Shown: positions 50,328 through 61,278, counted from the first letter of the stretch. The stretch: DNA of 64,000 nt from Candidatus Latescibacterota bacterium (GCA_965248755.1 OZ252149.1:3168001-3232000), one strand, 5' to 3'. Numbers and translations are program-made. Notes: generated by a model not told the origin, from the letters alone.

Positions 50328-51383
50328 ATGGACAGGGATCGTCTGATTCGGCTGATAGAAAGCTTAGTTATGGCTCATTCTCCGAGCGGGAATGAAAAAG
50401 AGGTAGATAGTCTCATAATTGAGGAGTTCAGAACCCTTTCCAACGATGTCTGGCAGGATCAGGCGGGCAATATAGTGGCTCTCTTAAGGGGAAGATCATC
50501 AGAAGGGGCTATATGCCTGACGGGTCACAAGGACGAGATTGGGATGATCGTGAGTGGAATAGATGAAGATGCCGCTTTGATCGTCAAAAATGTCGGGGGG
50601 GCCTACCCCTGGGTCTACGGCGAAGGCGTTGTGGACGTGCTCGGGGATAATCGTACCATAAGCGGAGTGCTCTCAGCGGGATCCAGGCATACTCTGTCAG
50701 AACATATGTCGGATCTTAAGATGGGAGAAAAAGGGCTGTCCTGGGATATGGTGTGGATCGAAACCAAGATGAAAAAAGAGGAATTAGAAAAAGCAGGGGT
50801 GCATGTGGGAACCAAAGTAGTGGTGGGAAAACACAGGAAGCGTCCCTTTGTGATGGGAGATTATATATGCGGCTACGGTTTAGATTGTAAGGGAGCTGTG
50901 ACGATTTTAGTGGGAATCATGGAGAATCTAAAAGGAGAGGACTTCCCAGTTGACGTGTATCTTGCGGCAAGTTCATCTGAGGAGATAGGCGCAATAGGAG
51001 CTGTCTACAGCGCCAGGACCCTACCTATAGACGAGATAATAGCTGTGGAAGTTGGGCCTGTCCTAGAGGAGTGCGGGACGACAAATAGCCCTCATCCTAT
51101 CCTGTTGTACCAGGACAGGCATGTCGTCTATAGCGAGAGGATCAACGCCAGTTTAGCAAAAGTGGCGGAGGGTTTGGGGCTAAGCGTTCAAAGGGCGTGT
51201 GTCTCATCTTTCGGCAGTGACGCCAGCTATGCTAACAAGTACGGTGCTGCAGCTGCGGCCGCCTGCGTATGCTATCCCACTGAAAATACGCATGGATATG
51301 AAATATGCTCCATAGAGGGAATTCTGAACGTTGGGTGGCTCTTATCGGAGTACCTCAAAAAGGCAGTAGATAGCAAACAGTAG
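50328..51383 (+). CDS. M42-family metallopeptidase
   Basis: SPSG.E, D.AGN, GHKDEIG, LDCK, SEEIG, GSDA, NTHGYE. Confidence 0.88.
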   Translation: MDRDRLIRLIESLVMAHSPSGNEKEVDSLIIEEFRTLSNDVWQDQAGNIVALLRGRSSEGAICLTGHKDEIGMIVSGIDEDAALIVKNVGGAYPWVYGEGVVDVLGDNRTISGVLSAGSRHTLSEHMSDLKMGEKGLSWDMVWIETKMKKEELEKAGVHVGTKVVVGKHRKRPFVMGDYICGYGLDCKGAVTILVGIMENLKGEDFPVDVYLAASSSEEIGAIGAVYSARTLPIDEIIAVEVGPVLEECGTTNSPHPILLYQDRHVVYSERINASLAKVAEGLGLSVQRACVSSFGSDASYANKYGAAAAAACVCYPTENTHGYEICSIEGILNVGWLLSEYLKKAVDSKQ

Positions 51384-51560
51384 CCCCCGATTGAATCTAT
51401 CGGGCGTAGACAGGGCACTGCCTCCCATCCCATGAGTCCCCGATAGGTTCAATCGGGATTCGGAGTTTCATCCCCTCGCAATGACCTAAGGTTGAAACCA
51501 ATCAATGTCATTGCGCGCAAAGCGAAGCAATCTCGTAGTCAGTCAGATAGGAGATACAGA

Positions 51561-52406
51561 GTGAACAAGGACAGGATCAGAGTGGCTTTTCAGGGGGAGT
51601 TAGGGGCTTACAGCGAGCTTGCAGCAAGAGAGTTCTTCAAAAGGGACATAGATCTACTCCCCTGTCCGACCTTCAATATGGTCTTTGAGTCCACACAGGA
51701 GGGAAGTTGTGAATACGGGATGATCCCGATTGAAAACTCGCTGACCGGGAGCATACATCAAAACTACGACATGTTGATGAACTACAGTCTGGTGATCGCC
51801 GGGGAGATAATGCTAAGAATAAGCCATAATCTGATTGTAAACAAGGGAGTCAGGCTCAAAGATGTCAAGAAAGTATATTCCCATCCGCAGGCGCTGTCGC
51901 AGTGTGAGGACTTTATTGGCAGCTTGAAAGGGGCAGAGGCTCTGCAGGTCTACGATACGGCGGGGGCTGCAAAGATGATCAAAGAGGATCGTTCCACTGA
52001 CGCTGCGGCGATAGCGAGCGTTCAGGCAGCGGCAGGTTACGACCTGGAGATACTAAAGACTGGCATAGAGAGCAACCAACAGAACTTCACCAGGTTCCTT
52101 GTAGTGTCGAAAGAGGAGATCCAGGATAGGCACGATCCGAAGACCTCTATCGTCTTTTCAATAGAAAGTGTCCCCGGGGCTCTGTTTAAGAGCTTAGGCG
52201 TGTTTGCACTGCGGGATGTTAATCTCCTAAAGATAGAGTCGCGCCCCTTGAAAGGTAAGCTGTGGGAGTACCTGTTTTATCTGGATTTTGACGGAGATGT
52301 AAAAGACGGAAGATGCTCAAAGGCTTTAGGTCACCTAAAGGAGATTGCGGGATTTGTAAAGGTATTAGGTTCTTATCAAAAGGGACGGACGGTAGGTTCC
52401 GCGTAG
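51561..52406 (+). CDS. pheA: Prephenate dehydratase (PDT + ACT)
   Basis: AFQGE.GAYSE, PIENS..G, SHPQAL.QC, N.TRF, KIESRP. Confidence 0.95.
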   Translation: MNKDRIRVAFQGELGAYSELAAREFFKRDIDLLPCPTFNMVFESTQEGSCEYGMIPIENSLTGSIHQNYDMLMNYSLVIAGEIMLRISHNLIVNKGVRLKDVKKVYSHPQALSQCEDFIGSLKGAEALQVYDTAGAAKMIKEDRSTDAAAIASVQAAAGYDLEILKTGIESNQQNFTRFLVVSKEEIQDRHDPKTSIVFSIESVPGALFKSLGVFALRDVNLLKIESRPLKGKLWEYLFYLDFDGDVKDGRCSKALGHLKEIAGFVKVLGSYQKGRTVGSA

Positions 52407-52413
52407 ATAACAG

Positions 52414-52989
52414 ATGAACATGTCGGCAAAATGGAAGGTCCGAATAGGGGTAAAGATAGGAAAGCTGAAACTGCGGACCTGGAAGAGGAAGCAGGTGTGC
52501 GTAAACAGAGCTGTGGGATCGGCAAGGATAATCATGATTTGCCTTCCCTTTGGAATAGAAGAAGCTCGGAGGGCATATAGGGTCGCCAGGGACCTTTCCG
52601 ACAGCTTATCTTTCTCAAGCATGGTAATTCTGGGGAGGCGAAGCGAAGTGGAGTTTCTGCCAGAGGATGCATCTCTGGAGAGATCTGTCCTCTATTTAGA
52701 GGATGATCTCGGTTTCTTCCTCCTTCCCAGGGGAGACCTCAGACAGAAGGTGCGACAGGAGAATGTAGACATCTCCCTCGATTTTCACAGGGATTTCTGT
52801 CTCACCACGGCGTATCTTTGTGCTGCCAGCAGGGCTGATGTGAAGGTGGGATTCAAGAGCCAGAGCAGCAGCGCCTTTTTCAATGTGGAGTATGTTCCCA
52901 AGGATAACGGCAAAGGGACAGAGGAGATTTACAGGGACCTGGCCGAGGTGATCTATCTTATGTGTGCCGGCAAACGGAACGCTAAGTAA
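52414..52989 (+). CDS. Hypothetical protein (DUF6913-like)
   Basis: Long ORF; DISLDF...AYL...S.A.VKVGF...FFN resembles FCB-group DUF6913 proteins. Confidence 0.55.
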   Translation: MNMSAKWKVRIGVKIGKLKLRTWKRKQVCVNRAVGSARIIMICLPFGIEEARRAYRVARDLSDSLSFSSMVILGRRSEVEFLPEDASLERSVLYLEDDLGFFLLPRGDLRQKVRQENVDISLDFHRDFCLTTAYLCAASRADVKVGFKSQSSSAFFNVEYVPKDNGKGTEEIYRDLAEVIYLMCAGKRNAK

Positions 52990-53205
52990 CCAGACAGTAA
53001 ACAGGGCAAGCCTGTGCATGCCTTGAGGTTGCTTCCCTCCGATCCCCTCCGAGATAGACTCAATCGGGAGCGCTCGCAATGACACTGGGGGTGTTTTGCA
53101 ATGACGTTGTCTGCCCGGACCCTGTCATCACAGGGTCACTCGTCCCGATTCAACCTGTCATAGATCTACTCTGCCCTGTCTACTATTTTGGCACGATACT
53201 AAGAT

Positions 53206-54243
53206 ATGAAAATATTGGTCATCAGAACAAGCTCATTAGGGGACGTAGTGTTAGCTTCAGCGGTGATAGAGGCTTTGAAGGAAAGCTACCCTTCCTCTGA
53301 ACTGTTTATGCTGTTGAAAGAAGAGTACCAGGGGCTCTTTGAAGGGGATCCCAGGTTATCAGGGATCATAACTCCAGATCCTGCCAGGGGTATAAGGGGA
53401 TTATGTTCTCTTGTGTCCGATATGAACGATATGGGTTTAGATGTGATAGTGGACCTGCAGGGGAATATGAGAAGCTTTCTAATAAGGCGTCTAACCAGGG
53501 CTGACATTAAGTTGAGATACAAAAAACGGCGGCTTCAAAGAATGATTATGGTGTACGCAAAGTGGATTCCTGTGAGTCATAAATCTATGTTGGAGATGTA
53601 CTTAGAGACATTGAGAAAATTAGGGTTAATGAAGCACGGATGGGTTCCCCGGTTGTTCGTGGATAAAGGATCCCAAGAACTGGTCAGTTCCTTGCTATCC
53701 AATGACGGTGTAGATTCAGATGACACAGTAGTAGGGATAAGTCCTGGGTCAAGATGGGAGACGAAGAGGTGGACGTCCGATGGGTTTGCGTATGTGGCGG
53801 ATCGGCTCCTTGAGCATGATAGGATAAAGGTAGCGATGTTGGGGAACCAAAACGATACGGACTTTGTGAATGAAATATTGTCAAAGATGGATAGAAAACC
53901 GGCAGTGTGTGCGGGGAAAGTAGATATGAGGGGTTTGGCGGCTCTGATAGAAAGGTGCAGTGTTTTGTTGACCAACGACAGCGGGCCTATGCACATAGCT
54001 TCGGCATTGGGGGTTCCCGTCGTGGCAATCTTTGGGCCGACCCATCCCAGGTTGGGATTTGCCCCGGTAGGAGAGAAGGATATAACCGTAAGTCTGGACG
54101 TTCCGTGCAGTCCGTGCAGTCTCCACGGGGAGAAGAAATGCAGAATGGAAAGGCGCTTCTGTATGGAGGACATATCCAAGGAGAGGGTTTTAGAGAAGAT
54201 AGAAAGCGTCGTGTCAAAGTTCAGCCGGGTTGAAGGTTTATGA
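53206..54243 (+). CDS. GT9 LPS heptosyltransferase (WaaF-like)
   Basis: KILVIR.SSLGDVV, PGS.W.TKRW, TNDSGPMHIA.A...PVVAIFGPT. Confidence 0.92.
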   Translation: MKILVIRTSSLGDVVLASAVIEALKESYPSSELFMLLKEEYQGLFEGDPRLSGIITPDPARGIRGLCSLVSDMNDMGLDVIVDLQGNMRSFLIRRLTRADIKLRYKKRRLQRMIMVYAKWIPVSHKSMLEMYLETLRKLGLMKHGWVPRLFVDKGSQELVSSLLSNDGVDSDDTVVGISPGSRWETKRWTSDGFAYVADRLLEHDRIKVAMLGNQNDTDFVNEILSKMDRKPAVCAGKVDMRGLAALIERCSVLLTNDSGPMHIASALGVPVVAIFGPTHPRLGFAPVGEKDITVSLDVPCSPCSLHGEKKCRMERRFCMEDISKERVLEKIESVVSKFSRVEGL

Positions 54244-55388
54244 GGATAGGGATAGATTTTATATCTGCGTTAGGACGCGGGGGCAATGGGGTCTATACGA
54301 GCCAGTTGGTCCAGGGGCTCTCCCACCTGGATTCGGATAATACCTACTATCTCTACACGCGAGTTAGGAAGAAATATAGACAGATAAGACCGGTAATGAG
54401 AGGAAATTTTATTTATAAAGCCATTTATCTTCATCATCTTACTTTTGGAGATCTGTTAGAAGGATTTTGCAAAGGGCTAAACGACAGGATATTGTCTCTG
54501 TCCTTAAAATCGGACCCTGTGGAGATCTTTCACTGTACCAATCCCGTTAATTTTCCGAAGATTCCTCTTGAAAATGCGGTTGTAACAATTCACGATCTCG
54601 CCTATCTAAGGAGGAATAAGTGGGTCAGCGATGGGTCCATCAGGTTTTATGAGGAAAATATCGAACGCATACTGCGAAGTTCCATGGCCATCATAGCGGA
54701 TTCCCAGAGCACGAAAGATGACATTTTAGATAATTTCAGTGTATCTGAAGAGAAGGTCAAGGTTGTTCCACTGGCAGCAAGCGAGGTCTTCCGACCCCTT
54801 GAGCCGGACAGATCCCTGATCCATAACAAGGGCCTCTTTAAGGATTATGTCCTGTACGTAGGGGATCTTCAGCCAAGGAAAAATTTAAGGCATCTTTTGG
54901 AGGCATACGCTATGCTCCCATTGAGATTAAAAGATAACTTTGACATAACTTTTGTGGGGAATCCAAGAAATGAGGAGTCTTTAAACGAGCTGAAAAGTTC
55001 TGTCGATGACCTCGGGATAGAAAAGAACGTAAAGCTGTTAGGCTACGTGGACCTCCAATCCTTGGTTAATATATACAACGGAGCATCCCTTTTTGTATAT
55101 CCGTCGCTTCTTGAAGGGTTTGGCATACCTGTCCTGGAGGCTCTAAGCTGTGGGCTGCCTACGATTACTTCGAACGTATCTTCGATGCCTGAAGTGGTGG
55201 GGGACGCCGCTATCCTGATCGATCCGTATAGTGTGGAGGAGATCGCACAAGCTATGGAAAGTCTTTTGTATAATGAGAGTCTCAAAGAGGAGTACACAAA
55301 GAGGGCTTTAAAGAGGGCAAAACTATTCAGTTGGGAGAAGACGGCTCGGGAGACATTGAACGTGTATCGGGAGTCTTCAAAGGTCTGA
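54240..55388 (+). CDS. GT4 glycosyltransferase
   Basis: TIHDL, PRKNL, EGFGIPVLEA, FSW..TA. Confidence 0.92.
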   Translation: MRIGIDFISALGRGGNGVYTSQLVQGLSHLDSDNTYYLYTRVRKKYRQIRPVMRGNFIYKAIYLHHLTFGDLLEGFCKGLNDRILSLSLKSDPVEIFHCTNPVNFPKIPLENAVVTIHDLAYLRRNKWVSDGSIRFYEENIERILRSSMAIIADSQSTKDDILDNFSVSEEKVKVVPLAASEVFRPLEPDRSLIHNKGLFKDYVLYVGDLQPRKNLRHLLEAYAMLPLRLKDNFDITFVGNPRNEESLNELKSSVDDLGIEKNVKLLGYVDLQSLVNIYNGASLFVYPSLLEGFGIPVLEALSCGLPTITSNVSSMPEVVGDAAILIDPYSVEEIAQAMESLLYNESLKEEYTKRALKRAKLFSWEKTARETLNVYRESSKV

Positions 55389-55556
55389 CAGGTCGAAGGC
55401 CTTTTTATGAGAATAGAGCAGCATTATTTAATAAACATGTTGGGTAATCAGTGATTTAGTTAAAGAACTTATTACGCAACGCGTCTATTCAGCAATAGTT
55501 CACAACTTGGGTTAACTTATCCAATTTCGTGTCCAGTACAATGGGTACATCTCAGA

Positions 55557-56295
55557 ATGCAGTGTTTGATTTGTAATAGCTCAACTAATCGGATATTCTA
55601 TGCAAAGGTTTTAAACAAGTATCGAATTCAATACTTCTACTGCAGCAATTGTGGTTTTCTTCACGCAGAAACACCGTACTGGTTGGATGAAGCTTACAAA
55701 AGCCCCATTGCTGATGCAGATACAGGTTTGGTTTCCAGAAACATAGCCATTTCAAAAAAGTTAGCCTGTATACTTTATTTTATCTTTGATAAAAAGGGTA
55801 AGTATTTGGACGTTGGTGGCGGCTATGGAATGTTGGCAAGACTCATGAGAGATATCGGTTTTGATTTCTACTGGTCGGATATTTATTACGAGAATCTTCT
55901 TGCAAAAGGGTTTGAGTCAGATACGACTTCACCACCATTTACCGCAATAACCTGTTTTGAAGTGTTGGAACATGTTATCAATCCCATTGAATTCATTAAT
56001 GCTTCATCAAAAGAAGCTGGAACATCAACAATTATTTTTTCAACTGAACTATTTGAAGGGAGTCCACCAAGACCAGAAGATTTGGTGGTACTATAGTTTC
56101 AATAGTGGGCAACATATCTCGTTTGTTCAGCGCAGAACCCTTGAATTTCTGGGAAGGAGGTTGTCCCTTGCTTTTCATTCGAACGGTCGTAGTTTTCACA
56201 TGATAACTGATCGTAGTATTAAACCTGAAATCTTCAGACTTTTGGCGAGTCGTTTTTCATCCTGGATATTTAAATATGTTCGAAAGAATATGTAA
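55557..56295 (+). pseudogene. Class I SAM methyltransferase (Methyltransf_23-like), frameshifted near 56080
   Basis: CxxC..CxxC N-terminus, LDVGGGYG, FEVLEH; the WWYY..GQHISF continuation is in another frame. Confidence 0.8.
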
Positions 56296-56705
56296 TCTAT
56301 GACAACTTCTGATAATAGACCTATTGCGTAATAGTAGAGGGAGTTTTTATAAGCCAAAAGAACTTAAAGGCTTAAAGTGAAATATGAGACTAATTTCAAA
56401 ATCCCTCCCACGTTCTTGTTCTATAATGACTTTTCAAAACCATTTGTTATTGTGCGATAGATGTAGATTAACATGGACCTTTCTTCCTTTGAGTTTCACT
56501 TACCAGTCTGTTTTTCTTCTGAAGAAAAGATAAATGTCAAATAATCTCGGCTTGATTATGAGGTGGACCCATCTTTCTGGACACGGAATTGAACAAATTA
56601 GGCAGGCTTTTCGTAACTTTGTGCTTCATAGGGATAATTAGAGTCTTAACGAGAAGTACCCAAAGATATTGTCGGACATCTTCAGATGTTAAAGAGAAGG
56701 CTTTC

Positions 56706-57584
56706 ATGAAAATAGCACAGTGTATATACAACCGCTTGCCTGTAAAGAAGTACGGCGGGGCCCAAAGGGTGGTAACCTGGTTGAGCAACGCCCTTGCCGA
56801 TATGGTATGTAAGATATATCTTTTGGCTCCAAAGGGCGAGGTAATTCACATCAAGCAGGGACACAAAATAGAGGATCTGTTGCCGTTGGACGTGGACGTG
56901 GTTCACCTCCATTTCAACGTGGAGGAGGAGTTCACGAAGCCGGTCGTAGTAACGATGCACGGAGTTACATCACCCGAATTTAAACATCACAAAAACACGA
57001 TTTTCTTGAGCAGATCTCACGCTCAGAGATACAGCAGCGGACATTTTGTCTACAACGGCATAGACCCGAACGAATACATCTTCAGCGATAAGAAGGACGA
57101 TTATTTCCTATTCCTGTCCAAGGTCTCCAGGAGCAGCAAGGGCGTAGATACAGCTATTGAGTTAGCCAGAAAGATGAAGTTCAAGTTTATAATAGCAGGG
57201 GGCAGGAAGTTCTGCTTGGACAGAAACATAAGCTCCCTCGGAGAGGTGGAAGGAGAGCAGAAGGCCCAGCTCCTTGCCAAAGCAAGAGCGCTGATCTTTC
57301 CGATCAGATGGGGTGAGCCCTTCGGCCTTGTGACCACAGAGGCTCTGCTAAGTGGCACACCTGTAATTACCACCAGGATGGGCGCTATGCCGGAGATAGT
57401 AACTCAGGACGTGGGCTTTATGTGCGACAGCTTCGAGGAGATGAAAAGCGCGATTCAGAACGTGGATAGCATCGATCCGCATAAGTGCAGAGAGAGAGTG
57501 TTGGAGCACTTCACGTCAGACATAATTTCGAAAAAGTACCTGGATTACTATCACAGGGTTGTAGAGACAGGTTCAATAGACTAA
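56706..57584 (+). CDS. GT4 glycosyltransferase
   Basis: LP..KYGG..RV, YNGID, FPI.W.EPFGLV..EA. Confidence 0.88.
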   Translation: MKIAQCIYNRLPVKKYGGAQRVVTWLSNALADMVCKIYLLAPKGEVIHIKQGHKIEDLLPLDVDVVHLHFNVEEEFTKPVVVTMHGVTSPEFKHHKNTIFLSRSHAQRYSSGHFVYNGIDPNEYIFSDKKDDYFLFLSKVSRSSKGVDTAIELARKMKFKFIIAGGRKFCLDRNISSLGEVEGEQKAQLLAKARALIFPIRWGEPFGLVTTEALLSGTPVITTRMGAMPEIVTQDVGFMCDSFEEMKSAIQNVDSIDPHKCRERVLEHFTSDIISKKYLDYYHRVVETGSID

Positions 57585-57595
57585 AGGGTGGGAAT

Positions 57596-58186
57596 ATGGA
57601 TTGGTTAGACATCCAGATATTCTATCTTCTTAATGTTGCGCTTCAGAACCCCCTGTTTGATGTGTTAATGCCTTTACTAACGAAGCGGGAGAATTGGTTT
57701 ATCCCATTGGGGGCCGTCTGGTTGTTGTTGATATTCAAGGGAGGGACAAAGGGAAGGGAGGTAGCGATATTGGCGGTAGTCATAATTACAATCTCAGATC
57801 AACTCACCAGCAGCCTCATAAAGCCTTTGGTCGGGAGGATTAGGCCCTGCAACGTTTTGGGAAGCGTTCATTTTTGGATCTCGTCCGAAGGTTGGATATA
57901 TACACCCCCTGTCGTCTCTCAGATACTGAAGGGTTCGTTCTCGTTTCCGTCGGGGCATGCGGCAAATATATTCGCCGGTGCGCTGCTATTTTCTTACTAC
58001 TACCGCCGCGTGACTGTTCCGTCCCTTATCATAGCTTCCTCTGTCGCATACTCAAGAGTCTATGTCGGTGTGCACTATCCCTCAGATATTTTAGGAGGCG
58101 CCATAATAGGTTCGCTATGTTCATACACCGTTATATGGATGTGGTGTAGAATTAAGGCTAGAATTGGGCGGGATAGCATCGAGTAA
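57596..58186 (+). CDS. PAP2-family membrane phosphatase (LpxE/UppP-like)
   Basis: K...GR.RP, SFPSGH, SRVYVGVHYP.D. Confidence 0.92.
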   Translation: MDWLDIQIFYLLNVALQNPLFDVLMPLLTKRENWFIPLGAVWLLLIFKGGTKGREVAILAVVIITISDQLTSSLIKPLVGRIRPCNVLGSVHFWISSEGWIYTPPVVSQILKGSFSFPSGHAANIFAGALLFSYYYRRVTVPSLIIASSVAYSRVYVGVHYPSDILGGAIIGSLCSYTVIWMWCRIKARIGRDSIE

Positions 58187-58239
58187 CGCTATTGTGAACT
58201 TCGTGTTCCTGAATTAGCACACAGAGAGGATGATTCAAA

Positions 58240-60555
58240 GTGAATAGATTACGGAAAGGCTCCTTCAGTTTAGTTCGGAGCAGAAGGGAAGCCTCTGTCC
58301 CCGATCCAGTCAATCGGGGACCTGTCTGCTGTCTACTGTCCACTGTCTGCTGCTATTTAGCCGTCGCTGCCTTGAGCGTAATGATAAGCTGCAGCTCAGG
58401 TGACGGCACAAATGTAAGAGAGAATTCCAGGCAGTCAGAAGGTGCTCAGCACGTAAACCGCCTGGCTGGATCTTCCAGCGCCTATTTAAAGAGCGCAGCG
58501 CATCAGCCGGTCAACTGGTATCCATGGGACCAAGAGGCCTTCCAGGCAGCAAAGGAACTGGACCGACCCATTCTTCTGGACATAGGAGCCGTCTGGTGTC
58601 ACTGGTGCCACGTGATGGACAGGGAGACCTACGAAAATGAGGAGATTGCAGAGATCATAAATGAGTATTTTATACCCGTCAAGGTGGACATGGACGAAAG
58701 GCCCGACGTGGACAGGAGATATCAGGGGGCAGTAAGAGCGATAACGGGAGGAGGAGGATGGCCCCTTACGGCGTTTTTGACTCCTGAGGGAAAGCTCTTC
58801 TTCGGCGGAACGTATTTTCCCCCTTCAGACAGATTGGGAAGGCCAGGTATGAGGAGCCTTCTGCCGAATATCGCACAGATGTACAAAGATGATAGAGATC
58901 AAGTCCTGCAGGGGGCGGACAGAATATATAGACATTTAGAGACTCTCGGAGATTTGCAGATTAAGACGGGGGAACTGTCGGAAAGCTTGGTGGATTCCCT
59001 GGCCTTTGCTGTGAATCAGGCGTTTGATGACACGTACGGGGGATTCGGACAAGGGAATGGTCCCAAATTCCCCAACTCAGGGGCAATGGAATTGGCTATG
59101 TTGGAGTATTTTAAGAACCAAGATGATCAGATGCTCCAGATAGCCCTCAAGACCCTCAAGGCGATGGCAAAGGGGGGAATACGGGATCACATAGGCGGGG
59201 GATTTCACAGATATTCGGTAGACCGTAAGTGGAACGTCCCGCACTTTGAGAAAATGTCCTACGTGAACGCCGGACTCCTGAAGAACTACTTGCACGCGTA
59301 TCAGATAAGCGGTGACGAGTACTTCAAACAGATAGCAGAAGGTATTATAGAATATGTTGACAGAGTTCTGTCCGATCGGGAAAATGGCGGCTTTTACGGA
59401 CATCAAGATGCGGACGTGAGTTTGGAGGACGACGGGGATTATTTCACGTGGACTCAAAAGGAAATAGAAAACGCATTGAGCGATAATGAGCCAAAGGCCT
59501 TGATTCTCCACTACGGAGTCAGGGAGATTCCTCACGATCTTGAGAGCGCGCCGGACAGAAACGTTCTGTACGAAGCCTTGCCCCTTGAAGAGGTGGCATC
59601 AAAGTTAGCTGTGTCCCTGGCCGAAGCCGATAGGCTCATAGAAAGCGGCAAAGAGAGGCTCCTTGAAATCAGGAATAAGCGGAAGCCTCCCTTTGTGGAT
59701 AAGAATATTTTCTCAAATTACAACGGTATGATGATTTCAGCCTATCTTGAGGCCTACAGGGTCCTGGGCAGGGACGATATAAGGGATTTTGCGCTGAGGA
59801 GCCTTTCGTTCGTGCTGGAAAAGTCCTACACGCCCCCAAAGGGCGTAAGGCACGTCTATTTAGACGGGAAGGCGAGGGTCGAAGGGCTCCTGGAAGATCA
59901 GGTGTGGATGGCTTGCGCTCTCTTAGACGCCTTTGAAGTGACGGGGGATTTCCAGCATCTGGAGATGGCTATGGACCTTATGGACTATTCTCATCGGGAA
60001 TTCTGGGACGGTGAACATGGAGGCTTTTGGGATTCAAATCCCTCCCAAGAGGCTTTGGGATTGTTGAAGATGAAGCGCAAGGCCTTTGAAGATTCACCAT
60101 ATCCTGCGGCAAACTCCATAGCGGCCATGGTTCTGGACAGGATATACTATCTGACCGATGAGGATAAGTACAGGTCCTGGGCGCAAAAGACGCTTGAGGC
60201 ATTCGCGGGGGCTGCTGCGGTCTATGGGACCTTTGCCTCATCGTATGCCTTAGCTGTGGATTATCATCTGAACCATCCAGCTCAGGCTGTGGTAGTGGGC
60301 AAGAAGGACGACGGTCGTACTTTGGAGCTTATGAGGGCAGGCCACAAGACCTACAGGCCGGGAAAGATAGTGATCAACTACGACCCTTTTGAGGTTAAGG
60401 ACAAGAAGTTCCCTGAGACTGTGGCTCTGATAGTCAAATACGCCGATATAGAGTCGGGTCCGAAGGCTTATATATGCGCTGGAACGGCCTGCGCTCCGCC
60501 TACTGATGAGCCCAAGCGCGTGTCAAAGTTACTCAGGACGTTCGGGATGATTTAA
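58240..60555 (+). CDS. Thioredoxin-domain YyaL/SSP411 family protein with a lipoprotein-like N-terminus
   Basis: NRL....S.YL...AHQPV.W.PW, WCHWCHVM..E, D.DERPDVD, GGWPLT, PHFEKM. Confidence 0.92.
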   Translation: MNRLRKGSFSLVRSRREASVPDPVNRGPVCCLLSTVCCYLAVAALSVMISCSSGDGTNVRENSRQSEGAQHVNRLAGSSSAYLKSAAHQPVNWYPWDQEAFQAAKELDRPILLDIGAVWCHWCHVMDRETYENEEIAEIINEYFIPVKVDMDERPDVDRRYQGAVRAITGGGGWPLTAFLTPEGKLFFGGTYFPPSDRLGRPGMRSLLPNIAQMYKDDRDQVLQGADRIYRHLETLGDLQIKTGELSESLVDSLAFAVNQAFDDTYGGFGQGNGPKFPNSGAMELAMLEYFKNQDDQMLQIALKTLKAMAKGGIRDHIGGGFHRYSVDRKWNVPHFEKMSYVNAGLLKNYLHAYQISGDEYFKQIAEGIIEYVDRVLSDRENGGFYGHQDADVSLEDDGDYFTWTQKEIENALSDNEPKALILHYGVREIPHDLESAPDRNVLYEALPLEEVASKLAVSLAEADRLIESGKERLLEIRNKRKPPFVDKNIFSNYNGMMISAYLEAYRVLGRDDIRDFALRSLSFVLEKSYTPPKGVRHVYLDGKARVEGLLEDQVWMACALLDAFEVTGDFQHLEMAMDLMDYSHREFWDGEHGGFWDSNPSQEALGLLKMKRKAFEDSPYPAANSIAAMVLDRIYYLTDEDKYRSWAQKTLEAFAGAAAVYGTFASSYALAVDYHLNHPAQAVVVGKKDDGRTLELMRAGHKTYRPGKIVINYDPFEVKDKKFPETVALIVKYADIESGPKAYICAGTACAPPTDEPKRVSKLLRTFGMI

Positions 60556-60704
60556 AGTGGTGTCGAACCGGCGAATCTCTCTTAGTTGTAAAGTGATTCT
60601 TGTCTGTTCCCGCACAGTCTATCCCTGACAACGGCACATTGGTAAGCAAAGATCGTTTCAACTACGGAATTGAGGTTGCTTCCCCCCGAAGTAATCTCAT
60701 AGGT

Positions 60705-60742
60705 AAGGGGATTACAGAAATCAACTGTAATCCCCTTTGTTT
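60705..60742. terminator. Hairpin between convergent genes, probable terminator
   Basis: AAGGGGATTACAG-7nt-CTGTAATCCCCTT, a 13-bp perfect stem followed by TGTTT. Confidence 0.6.
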
Positions 60743-60809
60743 ATCATTCTTATGTCTATTAAAGGTCTAACGCAGAGTGCTCGTAAGGAGGACAGAGGCA
60801 AGCTCTTCC

Positions 60810-61031
60810 TTATTCACTCTTCCTTTCTTTCCCTTTCAAAAGAGCTATAGGTATAATAACGCAGTATCCGGTTATCAGCACAATAGGAGCCGCTGTCAAC
60901 GACCAAAACCCTTCAGCCGGAGGAATACTCAGTAAGATATATCCAACGATTATTGTTGCAATGCCAATTAAGAGGAAGGTCCAGTTTATAGGAAAGGAAG
61001 ATTCAGTAGTTTTCCGAGATCTTTTATTCAT
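60810..61031 (-). CDS. Small 2-TM membrane protein (DUF3098-like)
   Basis: N...LLIGI..I..GY.L.......SLT.AP..L..GY; GGAGG RBS. Confidence 0.75.
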   Translation of the reverse strand: MNKRSRKTTESSFPINWTFLLIGIATIIVGYILLSIPPAEGFWSLTAAPIVLITGYCVIIPIALLKGKERKSE

Positions 61032-61175
61032 GTACTGCTACCTCCGCGCTGATTTTATGTATAAGTTAATGCCAACACATCTCTCTGTCAAGGGAATTTC
61101 GAAAAAGATAGGCAACACAGACATCTCCTCAGCAGACTCGACAATAAAGTGTTTTGCAATTCTCCAATGTTTTGC

Positions 61176-61204
61176 TTGACATCTGTACTAATGCATGCTA
61201 TTAT
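61176..61204 (+). promoter_or_regulatory. Sigma70-like promoter overlapped by a CTGTAC...GTACAG inverted repeat
   Basis: TTGACA-17bp-TATTAT. Confidence 0.55.
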
Positions 61205-61278
61205 TATGTACAGTGATATATGAACAGCGTAAATTTGTCTTCATTATTTAACGATATGCATCAGAGAAGGTGTTATAA

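Noticed and set aside
60555..60585. tRNA/tmRNA-like 3' end (minus strand GGTTCGACACCA)
   Set aside because: No cloverleaf or T-arm pairing could be built
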